A stretch of DNA of 64,000 nt, taken from NCBI RefSeq assembly GCF_045037415.1, contig NZ_CP173438.1. One strand, given 5' to 3'. How positions within the stretch are numbered: position 1 is the first letter of the stretch; every line of letters starts with the position of its first letter. Position numbers and translations under genes: made by a program. The stretch comes from Escherichia coli (lineage in GTDB: Bacteria; Pseudomonadota; Gammaproteobacteria; Enterobacterales; Enterobacteriaceae). This document shows positions 32,168 through 43,933 of this stretch, piece after piece. The notes beneath the pieces are model-generated. The model did not search any database and was not told the origin of the DNA. It saw only the letters and a program-made list of their open reading frames with translations.

Positions 32168-32255
32168 AGGCGGCGCATATTTGTGGTATTTGATCCGCCG
32201 CTATCGCAAAGTGCCATTGTATGATGGCGACAGAACGCCGGTGAGCGAAACGTAA
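32157..32255 (+). pseudogene. Possible 3'-terminal remnant of an APC-family permease gene (puuP-like)
   Basis: Plus-strand frame ends ...[32 protein letters not shown] (hydrophobic helix end plus basic cytoplasmic tail); no start or upstream ORF. Confidence 0.25.
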
Positions 32256-32388
32256 TAGTCGAATGCGCGGCGCATTATCCTGCCTGAGGGTAATGCACCG
32301 CGCCATTAACTATAAAAATATGTATGACCCGGATCACGAGTGCTATCATCCGCCCTTATGCTTAGCGCATTAACCCCAGGGGCAAATA

Positions 32389-32634
32389 ATGAACCACGAT
32401 ATCCCGCTAAAATATTATGATATTGCCGATGAGTACGCGACCGAATGCGCAGAGCCTGTCGCAGACGCTGAACGCACACCGCTGGCCCACTACTTCCAGT
32501 TACTGCTCACCCGTTTGATGAACAATGAAGAGATCAGTGAAGAAGCCCAACATGAAATGGCTGCTGAAGCGGGGATTAATCCCGTACGCATTGATGAGAT
32601 CGCAGAGTTTTTGAATCAATGGGGTAATGAGTAA
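32389..32634 (+). CDS. ymjA: Small protein YmjA (DUF2543)
   Basis: 81-aa acidic ORF; synteny next to sapA. Confidence 0.8.
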   Translation: MNHDIPLKYYDIADEYATECAEPVADAERTPLAHYFQLLLTRLMNNEEISEEAQHEMAAEAGINPVRIDEIAEFLNQWGNE

Positions 32635-32664
32635 TTATTTAATTGCAGACTATCGGTCAGTATC

Positions 32665-32697
32665 GTTGCCCGGATAAAGCGTTCGCGCCGCATCCGG
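32665..32697. repeat. REP-like palindromic unit between ymjA and sapA
   Basis: TTGCCCGGATAAAGCGTTCGCGCCGCATCCGGC. Confidence 0.6.
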
Positions 32698-32946
32698 CTA
32701 AAAATGACACGCACTGCAGCGTGCTTTAATGGGTTTCTCACGATCGTACCGCTCTGCTCCTCGCTAAGTTGTTCTGTGAGTTATAGTTATAAAGAAATCA
32801 CGGGTACGAATGTTGAACTGATGGCGACGCCACCTGTTCAATGACCAACCACACGGCCCTCATTATTACCTCTGAACACAAACGGTAATGGCAAATGTCA
32901 TTAAATATTAGTAAGATAGCCTCTTTACATAAAATCCCTTAATATT

Positions 32947-34590
32947 ATGCGCCAGGTATTATCGTCTCTTTTGGTGATTGCTGGACTTGTGAGTGGTCAG
33001 GCAATCGCCGCGCCTGAATCCCCCCCGCATGCTGATATCCGCGACAGCGGTTTTGTCTATTGCGTCAGCGGGCAAGTCAACACCTTTAACCCATCCAAAG
33101 CGAGCAGTGGGTTAATTGTCGATACCCTTGCCGCCCAGTTTTATGATCGACTGCTGGATGTCGATCCCTATACCTATCGTCTGATGCCGGAACTTGCCGA
33201 AAGCTGGGAAGTACTCGACAACGGCGCAACCTATCGCTTCCACCTGCGTCGCGATGTTCCGTTTCAAAAAACCGACTGGTTTACTCCCACTCGTAAAATG
33301 AATGCCGACGATGTGGTTTTTACCTTCCAGCGAATTTTTGACCGCAACAACCCGTGGCATAACGTTAATGGCAGCAACTTCCCCTACTTCGACAGCCTGC
33401 AATTTGCCGATAACGTGAAAAGCGTCCGCAAACTGGATAATCATACCGTTGAGTTCCGTCTGGCTCAGCCGGATGCTTCTTTTTTGTGGCACCTCGCGAC
33501 CCATTATGCTTCGGTCATGTCGGCAGAATATGCAGGGAAGTTAGAGAAAGAAGATCGCCAGGAGCAACTCGACCGTCAACCGGTCGGCACCGGTCCGTAT
33601 CAGTTGTCGGAATACCGCGCCGGGCAATATATTCGCTTACAACGTCATGATGATTTCTGGCGTGGTAAGCCGTTGATGCCACAAGTGGTGGTGGATTTAG
33701 GCTCTGGCGGTACAGGACGATTGTCGAAACTCCTGACCGGGGAGTGCGACGTTCTGGCCTGGCCTGCTGCCAGTCAGCTATCCATTTTGCGTGACGACCC
33801 ACGCTTGCGTTTAACGCTGCGTCCTGGGATGAACGTCGCCTATCTGGCATTCAACACCGCCAAACCGCCGCTAAATAATCCCGCTGTCCGCCATGCGCTG
33901 GCACTGGCAATTAATAACCAGCGCCTGATGCAATCCATCTATTATGGTACGGCTGAAACAGCGGCCTCTATTTTACCGCGCGCCTCGTGGGCCTATGACA
34001 ACGAGGCTAAAATTACTGAATACAATCCGGCAAAATCGCGCGAACAGTTGAAGGCGTTGGGGCTGGAAAACTTAACGCTGAAACTGTGGGTGCCCACACG
34101 TTCGCAGGCGTGGAACCCCAGTCCACTGAAAACCGCCGAACTGATTCAGGCGGATATGGCACAGGTTGGCGTAAAAGTGGTGATTGTGCCGGTAGAAGGT
34201 CGTTTTCAGGAGGCGCGGTTGATGGATATGAGCCATGATCTGACGTTATCCGGTTGGGCGACGGACAGTAACGACCCGGACAGTTTCTTCCGTCCGTTAC
34301 TGAGCTGCGCGGCAATTCATTCGCAGACCAACCTCGCCCACTGGTGCGATCCGAAATTCGACAGCGTGTTGCGTAAGGCGCTCTCCTCGCAGCAGCTGGC
34401 GGCGCGTATTGAAGCCTATGACGAAGCGCAAAGTATTCTGGCGCAGGAATTACCTATTCTGCCGCTGGCGTCGTCATTGCGTTTGCAGGCCTATCGGTAC
34501 GATATCAAAGGTCTGGTACTTAGCCCGTTTGGTAACGCCTCCTTTGCTGGGGTGTATCGCGAGAAACAGGATGAGGTGAAAAAGCCATGA
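32947..34590 (+). CDS. sapA: Periplasmic binding protein SapA (peptide/putrescine ABC transporter)
   Basis: 547-aa ORF; signal peptide; SBP family 5; heads the sapABCDF operon. Confidence 0.9.
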   Translation: MRQVLSSLLVIAGLVSGQAIAAPESPPHADIRDSGFVYCVSGQVNTFNPSKASSGLIVDTLAAQFYDRLLDVDPYTYRLMPELAESWEVLDNGATYRFHLRRDVPFQKTDWFTPTRKMNADDVVFTFQRIFDRNNPWHNVNGSNFPYFDSLQFADNVKSVRKLDNHTVEFRLAQPDASFLWHLATHYASVMSAEYAGKLEKEDRQEQLDRQPVGTGPYQLSEYRAGQYIRLQRHDDFWRGKPLMPQVVVDLGSGGTGRLSKLLTGECDVLAWPAASQLSILRDDPRLRLTLRPGMNVAYLAFNTAKPPLNNPAVRHALALAINNQRLMQSIYYGTAETAASILPRASWAYDNEAKITEYNPAKSREQLKALGLENLTLKLWVPTRSQAWNPSPLKTAELIQADMAQVGVKVVIVPVEGRFQEARLMDMSHDLTLSGWATDSNDPDSFFRPLLSCAAIHSQTNLAHWCDPKFDSVLRKALSSQQLAARIEAYDEAQSILAQELPILPLASSLRLQAYRYDIKGLVLSPFGNASFAGVYREKQDEVKKP

Positions 34591-35552
34591 TTATCTTCAC
34601 CTTACGCCGTATTTTGTTATTGATTGTGACCTTGTTCCTGCTGACCTTCGTTGGCTTCAGCTTGAGCTATTTCACCCCACATGCGCCGTTACAAGGCGCG
34701 TCACTGTGGAATGCCTGGGTGTTCTGGTTTAATGGCCTGATCCACTGGGATTTTGGTGTTTCCAGCATTAACGGTCAACCGATTGCCGAACAGTTAAAAG
34801 AGGTCTTCCCGGCAACGATGGAACTGTGCATCCTCGCCTTCGGTTTTGCGCTGATTGTTGGCATCCCCGTGGGGATGATTGCCGGGATTACGCGCCATAA
34901 GTGGCAGGATAACTTGATCAACGCCATCGCCTTACTGGGCTTTTCAATCCCGGTGTTCTGGCTGGCGCTTCTGTTGACGCTGTTTTGTTCACTCACGCTA
35001 GGTTGGTTGCCCGTTTCAGGGCGTTTCGATCTGCTCTACGAAGTGAAACCGATTACCGGTTTTGCGTTGATTGATGCCTGGCTTTCGGACTCACCGTGGC
35101 GGGATGAAATGATCATTAGCGCAATCCGCCATATGGTATTGCCCGTGATCACCCTGTCGGTTGCGCCAACAACTGAAGTGATCCGACTGATGCGTATCAG
35201 CACTATCGAAGTGTATGACCAGAACTATGTTAAAGCAGCGGCGACCCGCGGTTTGTCGCGCTTTACTATTTTGCGTCGCCACGTTCTGCATAACGCGTTA
35301 CCTCCGGTTATTCCTCGCCTGGGCTTACAGTTTTCCACCATGCTGACGCTGGCGATGATCACCGAAATGGTTTTTAGCTGGCCGGGTTTAGGGCGCTGGT
35401 TAATTAACGCCATCCGCCAGCAGGATTACGCAGCCATTTCCGCCGGAGTGATGGTGTGTGGCTCACTGGTCATTATTGTTAACGTGATTTCTGATATTTT
35501 GGGTGCCATGGCTAACCCTCTGAAACATAAGGAATGGTATGCCTTACGATAG
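34587..35552 (+). CDS. sapB: ABC transporter permease SapB
   Basis: 321-aa ORF; DppB-like permease; 4-bp overlap with sapA. Confidence 0.9.
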
Positions 35553-36429
35553 CGTATACAGCGAAAAGCGCCCGCCGGGCACGCTGCGTACCGCCTGGCG
35601 CAAATTTTATAGTGACGCCTCTGCGATGGTCGGCCTGTACGGCTGCGCGGGGCTGGCTGTACTGTGTATTTTTGGCGGCTGGTTTGCGCCTTACGGCATC
35701 GACCAGCAATTTCTCGGTTATCAATTATTGCCGCCGTCATGGTCGCGCTATGGCGAAGTTTCTTTCTTCCTGGGGACTGACGACCTCGGACGCGATGTTT
35801 TAAGCCGTTTACTGAGCGGAGCTGCGCCAACCGTAGGTGGCGCATTTGTGGTGACGCTTGCCGCGACGATCTGTGGCCTGGTACTGGGCACCTTCGCCGG
35901 GGCGACCCACGGCCTACGCTCAGCGGTGCTTAACCATATTCTGGATACCTTACTGGCGATCCCTTCGCTGCTGCTGGCAATTATCGTTGTAGCGTTTGCC
36001 GGACCGAGTTTGTCTCACGCCATGTTTGCTGTCTGGCTGGCGCTGCTGCCACGTATGGTACGTTCGATTTACAGCATGGTGCATGACGAACTGGAAAAAG
36101 AGTACGTTATCGCCGCCCGTCTGGATGGCGCATCAACGCTGAATATTCTCTGGTTTGCTGTGATGCCCAACATCACCGCCGGGCTGGTCACCGAGATCAC
36201 CCGCGCACTGTCGATGGCAATTCTCGATATCGCCGCGCTGGGCTTTCTCGATCTCGGCGCACAACTGCCCTCGCCTGAATGGGGAGCGATGCTCGGTGAT
36301 GCGCTGGAACTGATTTATGTCGCCCCGTGGACTGTCATGCTGCCTGGTGCGGCGATTATGATTAGCGTGCTGTTGGTTAACCTCCTTGGCGACGGTGTCC
36401 GTCGTGCAATTATTGCGGGGGTGGAATAA
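35539..36429 (+). CDS. sapC: ABC transporter permease SapC
   Basis: 296-aa ORF; DppC-like permease. Confidence 0.9.
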
Positions 36430-37421
36430 TGCCATTACTCGATATTCGTAACCTGACCATTGAATTTAAAACCGGTGATGAGTGGGTTAAAGCCGTCGAC
36501 CGCGTAAGTATGACCTTAACCGAAGGTGAAATCCGCGGTCTTGTTGGCGAATCCGGTTCCGGTAAAAGTTTGATTGCGAAAGCGATTTGTGGGGTGAATA
36601 AAGATAACTGGCGTGTTACTGCTGACCGTATGCGTTTTGATGATATCGATTTGCTGCGTCTCTCCGCACGCGAACGGCGCAAGCTGGTTGGTCACAACGT
36701 GTCGATGATTTTCCAGGAACCGCAGTCGTGTCTTGACCCTTCAGAACGTGTGGGTCGCCAGTTGATGCAAAACATCCCAGCCTGGACCTATAAAGGCCGT
36801 TGGTGGCAGCGTTTTGGCTGGCGCAAACGCCGTGCCATTGAACTGCTGCACCGCGTGGGGATTAAAGATCACAAAGATGCGATGCGCAGTTTTCCCTATG
36901 AGTTGACCGAAGGCGAATGTCAGAAAGTGATGATAGCCATTGCACTGGCGAATCAACCGCGTCTGCTGATTGCTGACGAACCGACAAACTCAATGGAGCC
37001 AACAACCCAGGCGCAAATCTTTCGCCTCCTGACGCGTCTCAACCAAAACAGCAATACCACTATTTTGCTTATCAGCCATGACTTACAAATGCTTAGCCAA
37101 TGGGCGGATAAAATTAACGTGCTTTACTGCGGTCAAACGGTGGAAACCGCGCCGAGTAAGGAGTTGGTGACGATGCCACACCATCCTTATACCCAGGCGC
37201 TGATCCGCGCGATACCAGACTTCGGCAGCGCGATGCCGCATAAAAGTCGCCTCAATACGCTGCCCGGCGCTATCCCGCTACTGGAACAGTTACCGATTGG
37301 TTGTCGTCTGGGGCCACGTTGCCCGTATGCACAACGAGAATGCATTGTGACGCCACGTTTGACGGGGGCGAAAAATCATCTCTATGCCTGTCATTTCCCA
37401 CTGAACATGGAGAAAGAGTGA
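36429..37421 (+). CDS. sapD: ABC transporter ATP-binding protein SapD
   Basis: 330-aa ORF; Walker A GESGSGKS. Confidence 0.9.
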
Positions 37422-37422
37422 G

Positions 37423-38229
37423 ATGATCGAAACGCTACTTGAAGTGCGTAATTTAAGTAAAACGTTCCGCTACCGGACCGGCTGGTTTCGTCGTCAGACC
37501 GTAGAAGCGGTAAAACCCTTGAGCTTTACGCTACGTGAAGGCCAGACACTGGCGATTATCGGCGAGAATGGTTCGGGTAAATCCACGCTGGCAAAAATGC
37601 TGGCGGGAATGATAGAACCTACCAGCGGCGAGTTATTGATTGACGATCATCCGCTGCATTTTGGCGATTATTCCTTCCGCAGTCAGCGTATTCGCATGAT
37701 TTTTCAGGATCCTTCCACCTCGTTGAATCCCCGTCAACGTATCTCGCAAATTCTGGATTTTCCACTGCGCCTGAACACCGACCTGGAACCGGAACAGCGT
37801 CGCAAACAGATTATTGAAACGATGCGTATGGTTGGGCTGCTACCGGATCACGTCAGTTACTATCCGCATATGTTGGCACCCGGGCAAAAACAGCGTCTGG
37901 GTCTGGCGCGCGCGCTGATATTGCGCCCAAAAGTCATTATTGCCGATGAAGCCCTCGCCTCACTGGATATGTCGATGCGTTCGCAGTTGATTAATCTGAT
38001 GCTGGAGTTACAGGAAAAACAGGGCATTTCGTATATTTATGTTACCCAGCATATCGGAATGATGAAGCACATTAGCGACCAGGTGCTGGTGATGCATCAG
38101 GGCGAGGTTGTCGAGCGAGGCAGCACCGCAGATGTGCTGGCATCGCCGCTGCATGAACTCACCAAACGGCTGATCGCCGGTCATTTTGGCGAGGCATTGA
38201 CGGCGGATGCGTGGCGTAAGGACCGTTAG
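37423..38229 (+). CDS. sapF: ABC transporter ATP-binding protein SapF
   Basis: 268-aa ORF; Walker A GENGSGKST. Confidence 0.9.
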   Translation: MIETLLEVRNLSKTFRYRTGWFRRQTVEAVKPLSFTLREGQTLAIIGENGSGKSTLAKMLAGMIEPTSGELLIDDHPLHFGDYSFRSQRIRMIFQDPSTSLNPRQRISQILDFPLRLNTDLEPEQRRKQIIETMRMVGLLPDHVSYYPHMLAPGQKQRLGLARALILRPKVIIADEALASLDMSMRSQLINLMLELQEKQGISYIYVTQHIGMMKHISDQVLVMHQGEVVERGSTADVLASPLHELTKRLIAGHFGEALTADAWRKDR

Positions 38230-38236
38230 TGTTTTG

Positions 38237-38272
38237 CACCTCATCCTGACAGGCCCCCCTCAGGATGAGGTG
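38237..38272. terminator. Bidirectional hairpin between convergent sapF and the MFS gene
   Basis: CACCTCATCCTGA / TCAGGATGAGGTG perfect 13-bp inverted repeat with 10-nt loop. Confidence 0.6.
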
Positions 38273-38276
38273 TTCA

Positions 38277-39440
38277 TTACTTTTGGTTGTCGATTCTGGT
38301 GAGAGCAACCAGCAATGCCAGCGTATAACACACCGTAATTGCCAGACTCATTTTTAACAGTGTTTCTCCGCCAATTCCCGACAATGGCGCGGCTATACCG
38401 CCGAAGACAAACATGCTCATCCCCATCAACGCAGACGCCGTTCCAGATTCCTGCGTCCCTACTGCACTCATAGCCTCTGCCCCGCCAACAGTGCCGATGC
38501 CGCTACAAAATGCGATGGTGAAAAATAATGCCACCAGTGCCGGAATGGGCAATTGTATCCATGCGCATAAGACCGTGAGCAATGCACACAAAATTGCCGC
38601 TATCAGGCCACCTCGCAACAATGTCATCGCGTTAATCCGTCGCGCCAGGCGCGAGAAGATCCATGAAGCAATGATAAGTCCGGTGCCGTTAAGGCCAAAC
38701 ACCAGGCTAAATTGCATTGGACTAAAGCCAAATTCCTTCTGCAACACGAACGACGAAGAGCCGATATATGCAAACAAACCGGCCAGCATAAAACTTTGAA
38801 TCAGGCAAAAGCGCATAAAACGGCGGTTCTGCACCACGCTTCGTCCGGTTAATAGCAATGATGAGCCCCTTTTATTTTCTGGCAAGGTCTCATGAATAAA
38901 TAACAGACAGCCCAGCAACAGTACGGTGCTAATTTCAGCCATTACCCAGAATAAAGTGCGCCAGTCAAAAGTGCTAACAATGTACCCGCCCAGCACTGGC
39001 GACAACACCGGTGCCAGGCCATTCACCGTCATTAACAGCGCAAAAAACTGGGTCAACGTTACTCCCTGATATTTGTCACGAGCAATAGAACGAGAGAGCA
39101 CCGAACCACCCGCCCCCGCGATCCCTTGAATAAAACGCCAGACCACCAGCCAGTAAATATTGTTCGTTGTCGCGCATAAAATGGAAGAAACAATAAACAA
39201 TAGCAACGACAAGATTAACGGACGTTTACGCCCTATTTTGTCGCTCAGAGGGCCAAATAACAGTTGTCCGACGCCAAGACCAATCAGTGATGCGGTCAGG
39301 GTTAATTGCGTTATGGTCGTGGTTGCCGCCAGTTGCTCAGACATCTCCGGCAAAGCCGGCAAATAAAGATCGGTACACATCGGGCCGATACCGGCTAAAA
39401 GACCAAGAATCAATGCCCATGAAAGAGAGACTCTAGCCAT
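38277..39440 (-). CDS. MFS drug:H+ antiporter, Bcr/CflA (DHA1) family
   Basis: 387-aa ORF; about 12 predicted TM helices; MFS motif A GPLSDKIGRKRP; N-terminus resembles Bcr. Confidence 0.8.
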   Translation of the reverse strand: MARVSLSWALILGLLAGIGPMCTDLYLPALPEMSEQLAATTTITQLTLTASLIGLGVGQLLFGPLSDKIGRKRPLILSLLLFIVSSILCATTNNIYWLVVWRFIQGIAGAGGSVLSRSIARDKYQGVTLTQFFALLMTVNGLAPVLSPVLGGYIVSTFDWRTLFWVMAEISTVLLLGCLLFIHETLPENKRGSSLLLTGRSVVQNRRFMRFCLIQSFMLAGLFAYIGSSSFVLQKEFGFSPMQFSLVFGLNGTGLIIASWIFSRLARRINAMTLLRGGLIAAILCALLTVLCAWIQLPIPALVALFFTIAFCSGIGTVGGAEAMSAVGTQESGTASALMGMSMFVFGGIAAPLSGIGGETLLKMSLAITVCYTLALLVALTRIDNQK

Positions 39441-39448
39441 ATTATTCC

Positions 39449-40822
39449 TTACTTGAGTGATGACATACCGCCGCCCAGCGACTGCCAGAGCGTGATTCGG
39501 TTTGTAAAATCAGTCAGTTGCAGTGCCAGCAGCTCCTGCTGTGCGCTCCACAAGCTGCGCTGCGCCGTCAACACGGTCAGGTAATCACCAACACCCGCCT
39601 GATAGCGACGCAAGCCAACATCGACCGTTTGTTGTTCAGCTTTAACATACTGGCGCTGTGCATCCAGTTGCTCTTCAAGCGTGGTCCGCCGCGCCAGTGC
39701 GTTAGCGACATCTTTAAATGCGCTCTGAACGGTTTTTTCATAGGTGGCAATGAGTCCACGCTTTTGTGCTTCTGCGTAACGAAGCTGCGCCAGATTACTT
39801 CCGCCAGTAAACAGCGGTAATGTGACCGATGGCGCAAATGACCAGATCTGCATTCCGTGGCTGAACAACGACGACAACGCGTCACTGCCAACACCGGCAC
39901 TGGCAGTCAGCGAAATCGTCGGGAAAAAGTTAGCCCGCGCCGCGCCAATATCTGCATTGGCGCTCTTCAAATTATGTTCCGCTTCCTGGATATCCGGGCG
40001 ACGCAGCAGAACATCAGATGATACTCCCGCAGGAACCAGACTTATCATTTGTTCCGGCAGGCTTTCCAGTGTTCCCGGTAGCAGATTTTCCGCAAGCGTT
40101 GTACCTGCCAGTAAGTTCAGCGCATTTTTATCCTGCATCACTTGTGTCTGATAGCTGGCAACGCTGGCGCGCGCTTGCTGATAAACACTCATCGCCTCAC
40201 TGACATCTGTCGCTGCCGCCGTGCCAACCTGTTGCTGGCGCTGGATAATTTTCAATGAGTTTTCTGCACTGGCCATCGTTTCTTTTGCCAGGGCCAGGTT
40301 GCTGTTATCAGCCGCCAGTGTCAGCCAGGCGGTGCTGATTTCAGCAATCAGCGTTAAACGAGTGTTCTGGGCTGTAAATTCACTGGCAAGCCAGGTTTCC
40401 CGCGCCGCCCGAGATAAACTCTGATTACGACCAAACAGATCTAACGTATAACTGGACACCGTGCCGTCAGCCTCGGCAGTTGTTCCCGTACCATTCGCCA
40501 GCGAACGGCTGCGGGTCGAACTTAAGGCCGCATTCACCGTCGGAAATAACGACGCATTAGTTTGCCCATAGAGCGCCCGTGCTGAGTCAATATCAGCAAT
40601 CGCTTTTTGCACATCGCGGTTACTGTTCAGTGCAATGGTTACTACCTGCTGCAATCGGGGATCGTGGATCACCTGCTGCCAGTCATGGCTGATTGCCTTC
40701 CCCTGGCCCTGTGCTCCCGGCAAGGTCGCCGGGATTGGGGATTCAGGCGTACTGTAGTGAGGATCGAGCGAGACACATCCCGCACTCAACAACACCAGAA
40801 AAATAAGAGAACGACGCAACAT
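39449..40822 (-). CDS. Outer-membrane efflux lipoprotein (OMF, NodT/OprM family)
   Basis: 457-aa ORF; lipobox LLSAGC; two coiled-coil/TolC-like repeats. Confidence 0.85.
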   Translation of the reverse strand: MLRRSLIFLVLLSAGCVSLDPHYSTPESPIPATLPGAQGQGKAISHDWQQVIHDPRLQQVVTIALNSNRDVQKAIADIDSARALYGQTNASLFPTVNAALSSTRSRSLANGTGTTAEADGTVSSYTLDLFGRNQSLSRAARETWLASEFTAQNTRLTLIAEISTAWLTLAADNSNLALAKETMASAENSLKIIQRQQQVGTAAATDVSEAMSVYQQARASVASYQTQVMQDKNALNLLAGTTLAENLLPGTLESLPEQMISLVPAGVSSDVLLRRPDIQEAEHNLKSANADIGAARANFFPTISLTASAGVGSDALSSLFSHGMQIWSFAPSVTLPLFTGGSNLAQLRYAEAQKRGLIATYEKTVQSAFKDVANALARRTTLEEQLDAQRQYVKAEQQTVDVGLRRYQAGVGDYLTVLTAQRSLWSAQQELLALQLTDFTNRITLWQSLGGGMSSLK

Positions 40823-40825
40823 AAC

Positions 40826-43800
40826 TTACTCCTGACGGCGCGGTTTACCGGCAAACAAACGTTTCACCAGTACAAAAAACAGAGGAACGAAGAAAATGGC
40901 CAGTAATGTAGCGGTCAGCGTGCCGCCAATAATGCCCGTACCAATGGCGATGCGGCTGTTCGCCCCTGCGCCGGTTGCTATCGCCAGCGGCATTACCCCC
41001 GCAATAAACGCCAGCGAGGTCATGATGATTGGGCGTAAACGAGTCTGCGCCGCGCGTAATGCCGCACGACTCAAGGAATAGCCCTCTGCAACCGCCGCTT
41101 CAGCAAATTCCACAATCAGAATGGCGTTTTTCGACGACAAGCCGATAGTAGTTAATAGCGCTACCTGGAAGTAAACGTCGTTGTTTAAATCACGCATCCA
41201 GGCCGCCAGCGCCGCGCCAAGAAGCCCCAGAGGGATCACCAGAATGACCGAGAACGGGACTGACCAGCTTTCGTACAGTGCTGCAAGGCAGAGGAAAACC
41301 ACCAGAATAGAAACTGCATACAGACTTAATGCCTGACCGCTGGCCAGTTTCTCCTGCAATGACAAACCACTCCAGGCCCAGGTTGTTCCCGCAGGAAGAC
41401 TGTTTGCCAGTTCCTCCATTTTTGTCATTGCATCGCCGGAACTAAAGCCAGTCGCGTTTTCGCCCTGAATTTCATAGGCTGCCGAGCCGTTGTAGCGCAC
41501 CAGTCTTTCCGGTCCATACAGCCAGCGGGTGGTCGCAAAAGCAGAGAATGGTGTCATGGCGTTATCGCTGCCGCGCACAAACCATTTACCTAAGTCTGAC
41601 GGCGCGGAACGAAATTCGCTGTCGCCCTGAATGTAGACTTTTTTCACACGACCACGGTCAATAAAGTCATTCACATAAGTACCGCCCCACGCACTGGACA
41701 GGGTGTCGGTGACATCATTCAAACTCAACCCTAATGACACCGCTTTATTACTATCAATATCTACCTGCAATTGCGGCATTTGTGGCAAATCATTGGCGCG
41801 TACAGAATGTAACTCCGGACTTTGATTCGCTTTTTCTATCAACTGATTACGCATTTGCAGCAGTGTTTCACGATCGGTTCCACCGTTAGCTAACAATTCA
41901 AACGTAAAACCATTGCTTTGGCCCAGCCCATCAACGGCTGGCGGCGTCATCGCAAATACCGTGGCATCACGAATTGTGCCCAGCTCTTTGGTTGCCCGTA
42001 GGGCGATAGCCTGGGCGGTGTTTTCTGCCCCTTTACGTTGAGACCAGTTTTTCAACGAAACAAACGCCATCCCGGTGTTCTGTCCGCTACCGCTAAAACT
42101 GAAACCATCAACGGTAAAGATGACATCGGTATTTGCTTTCTCGTTAATCAGGAACCAGTCAACAATCTGGCGATTCACTTCTGCTGTACGGGCAGCGGTC
42201 GCCCCGGCCGGCAGCGTGTACTGCACCATGATTTCGCCCTGGTCTTCAGTGGGTAAGAAACTGCCCGGCAGTTTCCACATCATCAGGGCCATTCCACCAC
42301 CCAGCACGACATAAAGCCCCATCGTTCGGGCTGCACGGCGCAGGACATAAATTACGCCTCGCTGATATTTATCTTCAGTACGGCGGTAAAAGCGGTTAAA
42401 TGCGCCGAAAAAGCCTTTTTTATGTGGTGGAACATGCTGGAGGACGGAACCGCACAGGGCGGGAGTCAAGGTCAATGCCACCACCACGGAAAGCAGCATT
42501 GCGGAGATGATGGTGATGGAGAACTGACGATAAATTACCCCCGTAGATCCCCCAAAGAAGGCCATCGGCAGGAATACGGCTGACAACACCAGCGCAATGG
42601 CAACCAGTGCGCCAGAAATCTCGCCCATTGATTTTTCCGTGGCTTCACGCGCGGGCAACCCTTCGTCACGCATAATGCGTTCGACGTTCTCTACCACCAC
42701 AATGGCATCGTCCACCAGCAAGCCGATCGCCAGCACCATTGCAAACAACGTCAGGGTATTAATCGAATAGCCAAACAACGCAAGAACGCCGAATGTGCCC
42801 AGCAAAACGACGGGGACAGCTAACGCCGGAATCAGTGTGGCACGCAGGTTTTGCAGGAATAAATACATCACGCAAACCACCAATACGATGGCTTCAAACA
42901 GCGTCTGAATTACGTCCTCTACGGAGATTTTAATAAATTCAGTGCTGTCTTTCGGGTATGCGATGTCGTATCCCTGCGGCATGTTCCGCTGGAATTCGGC
43001 AATCTTATCCTTGACCAGCGTCGCCGTATTCAGCGCATTCGCACCGGGCGAAAGCATTACAGCAACCCCGGCAGACGGGTGACCGTTAAGTTTGCCGATA
43101 GCGGTATAATCTTCACTGCCCATCTCAACGCGAGCCACATCTTTTATACGAACAACTGCGCCGTCTGACTGGCTTTTCACGATAATATTTTTGAACTGAT
43201 CCACCGTCTGCAAGCGAGACTGCGCACGTACCGTTGCGGTCAGTTGCTGAGTATCCGGTGAAGGCAATGCCCCTATTTTCCCGGCAGTAACCTGCACGTT
43301 TTGCGCTTCAATAGCACTTTGCACGTCTGAAGGCATCAGCGAGTAAGACGCCAGTTTGGCCGGGTCAAGCCAGATGCGCATAGCGTATTCCGCGCCAAAG
43401 ACTTGCAGACTCCCCACACCTTCAACACGCGCCAGCGGGTCCTGAACGTTACTGACCAGCCAGTCGGCGATATCCGAACTGGAGGCTTTGTCAGTGGTGT
43501 CATACACGGCAGCAATCAGCAAAAAGTTGCTTTGTGATTTCTCCACCGTAACACCCGTTTGCTGCACTTCGCTGGGTAGGCGCGACTCCGCCTGCTGAAT
43601 TTTATTCTGCACCTGAACCTGTGCAGTATCTGGATCGGTACCTTGTTCAAAGGTCACATTAATACTGACCGAACCATCAGAGCTACTGGTTGAGCTGAAA
43701 TAGAGTAAATTATCAAGCCCAGTGAGTTGTTGCTCGATAACCTGAGTCACGCTGTTCTCCAGCGTTTCGGCAGAAGCACCAGTATAAGTGGCTGAAATTT

Positions 43801-43933
43801 TAATGGTCGGCGGTGCAACGTCAGGATATTGCGCGACGGGCAATGTGCGAATAGCCAGAATCCCTGCCAACATAATCAAAATGGCGATAACCCAGGCAAA
43901 GACCGGGCGGCGAACAAAAAAGCGCGAAAACAT
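40826..43933 (-). CDS. RND multidrug efflux transporter (HAE1 family, AcrB/MexB-like)
   Basis: 1035-aa ORF; N-terminus MFSRFFVRRPVFAWVIAILIMLAG and overall motifs closely parallel AcrB but not identical; 12-TM RND architecture. Confidence 0.9.
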   Translation of the reverse strand: MFSRFFVRRPVFAWVIAILIMLAGILAIRTLPVAQYPDVAPPTIKISATYTGASAETLENSVTQVIEQQLTGLDNLLYFSSTSSSDGSVSINVTFEQGTDPDTAQVQVQNKIQQAESRLPSEVQQTGVTVEKSQSNFLLIAAVYDTTDKASSSDIADWLVSNVQDPLARVEGVGSLQVFGAEYAMRIWLDPAKLASYSLMPSDVQSAIEAQNVQVTAGKIGALPSPDTQQLTATVRAQSRLQTVDQFKNIIVKSQSDGAVVRIKDVARVEMGSEDYTAIGKLNGHPSAGVAVMLSPGANALNTATLVKDKIAEFQRNMPQGYDIAYPKDSTEFIKISVEDVIQTLFEAIVLVVCVMYLFLQNLRATLIPALAVPVVLLGTFGVLALFGYSINTLTLFAMVLAIGLLVDDAIVVVENVERIMRDEGLPAREATEKSMGEISGALVAIALVLSAVFLPMAFFGGSTGVIYRQFSITIISAMLLSVVVALTLTPALCGSVLQHVPPHKKGFFGAFNRFYRRTEDKYQRGVIYVLRRAARTMGLYVVLGGGMALMMWKLPGSFLPTEDQGEIMVQYTLPAGATAARTAEVNRQIVDWFLINEKANTDVIFTVDGFSFSGSGQNTGMAFVSLKNWSQRKGAENTAQAIALRATKELGTIRDATVFAMTPPAVDGLGQSNGFTFELLANGGTDRETLLQMRNQLIEKANQSPELHSVRANDLPQMPQLQVDIDSNKAVSLGLSLNDVTDTLSSAWGGTYVNDFIDRGRVKKVYIQGDSEFRSAPSDLGKWFVRGSDNAMTPFSAFATTRWLYGPERLVRYNGSAAYEIQGENATGFSSGDAMTKMEELANSLPAGTTWAWSGLSLQEKLASGQALSLYAVSILVVFLCLAALYESWSVPFSVILVIPLGLLGAALAAWMRDLNNDVYFQVALLTTIGLSSKNAILIVEFAEAAVAEGYSLSRAALRAAQTRLRPIIMTSLAFIAGVMPLAIATGAGANSRIAIGTGIIGGTLTATLLAIFFVPLFFVLVKRLFAGKPRRQE

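Noticed and set aside
31975-32169. 64-aa plus-strand ORF after pspF
   Set aside because: Runs through REP palindromes and the putative deletion junction; most likely non-coding
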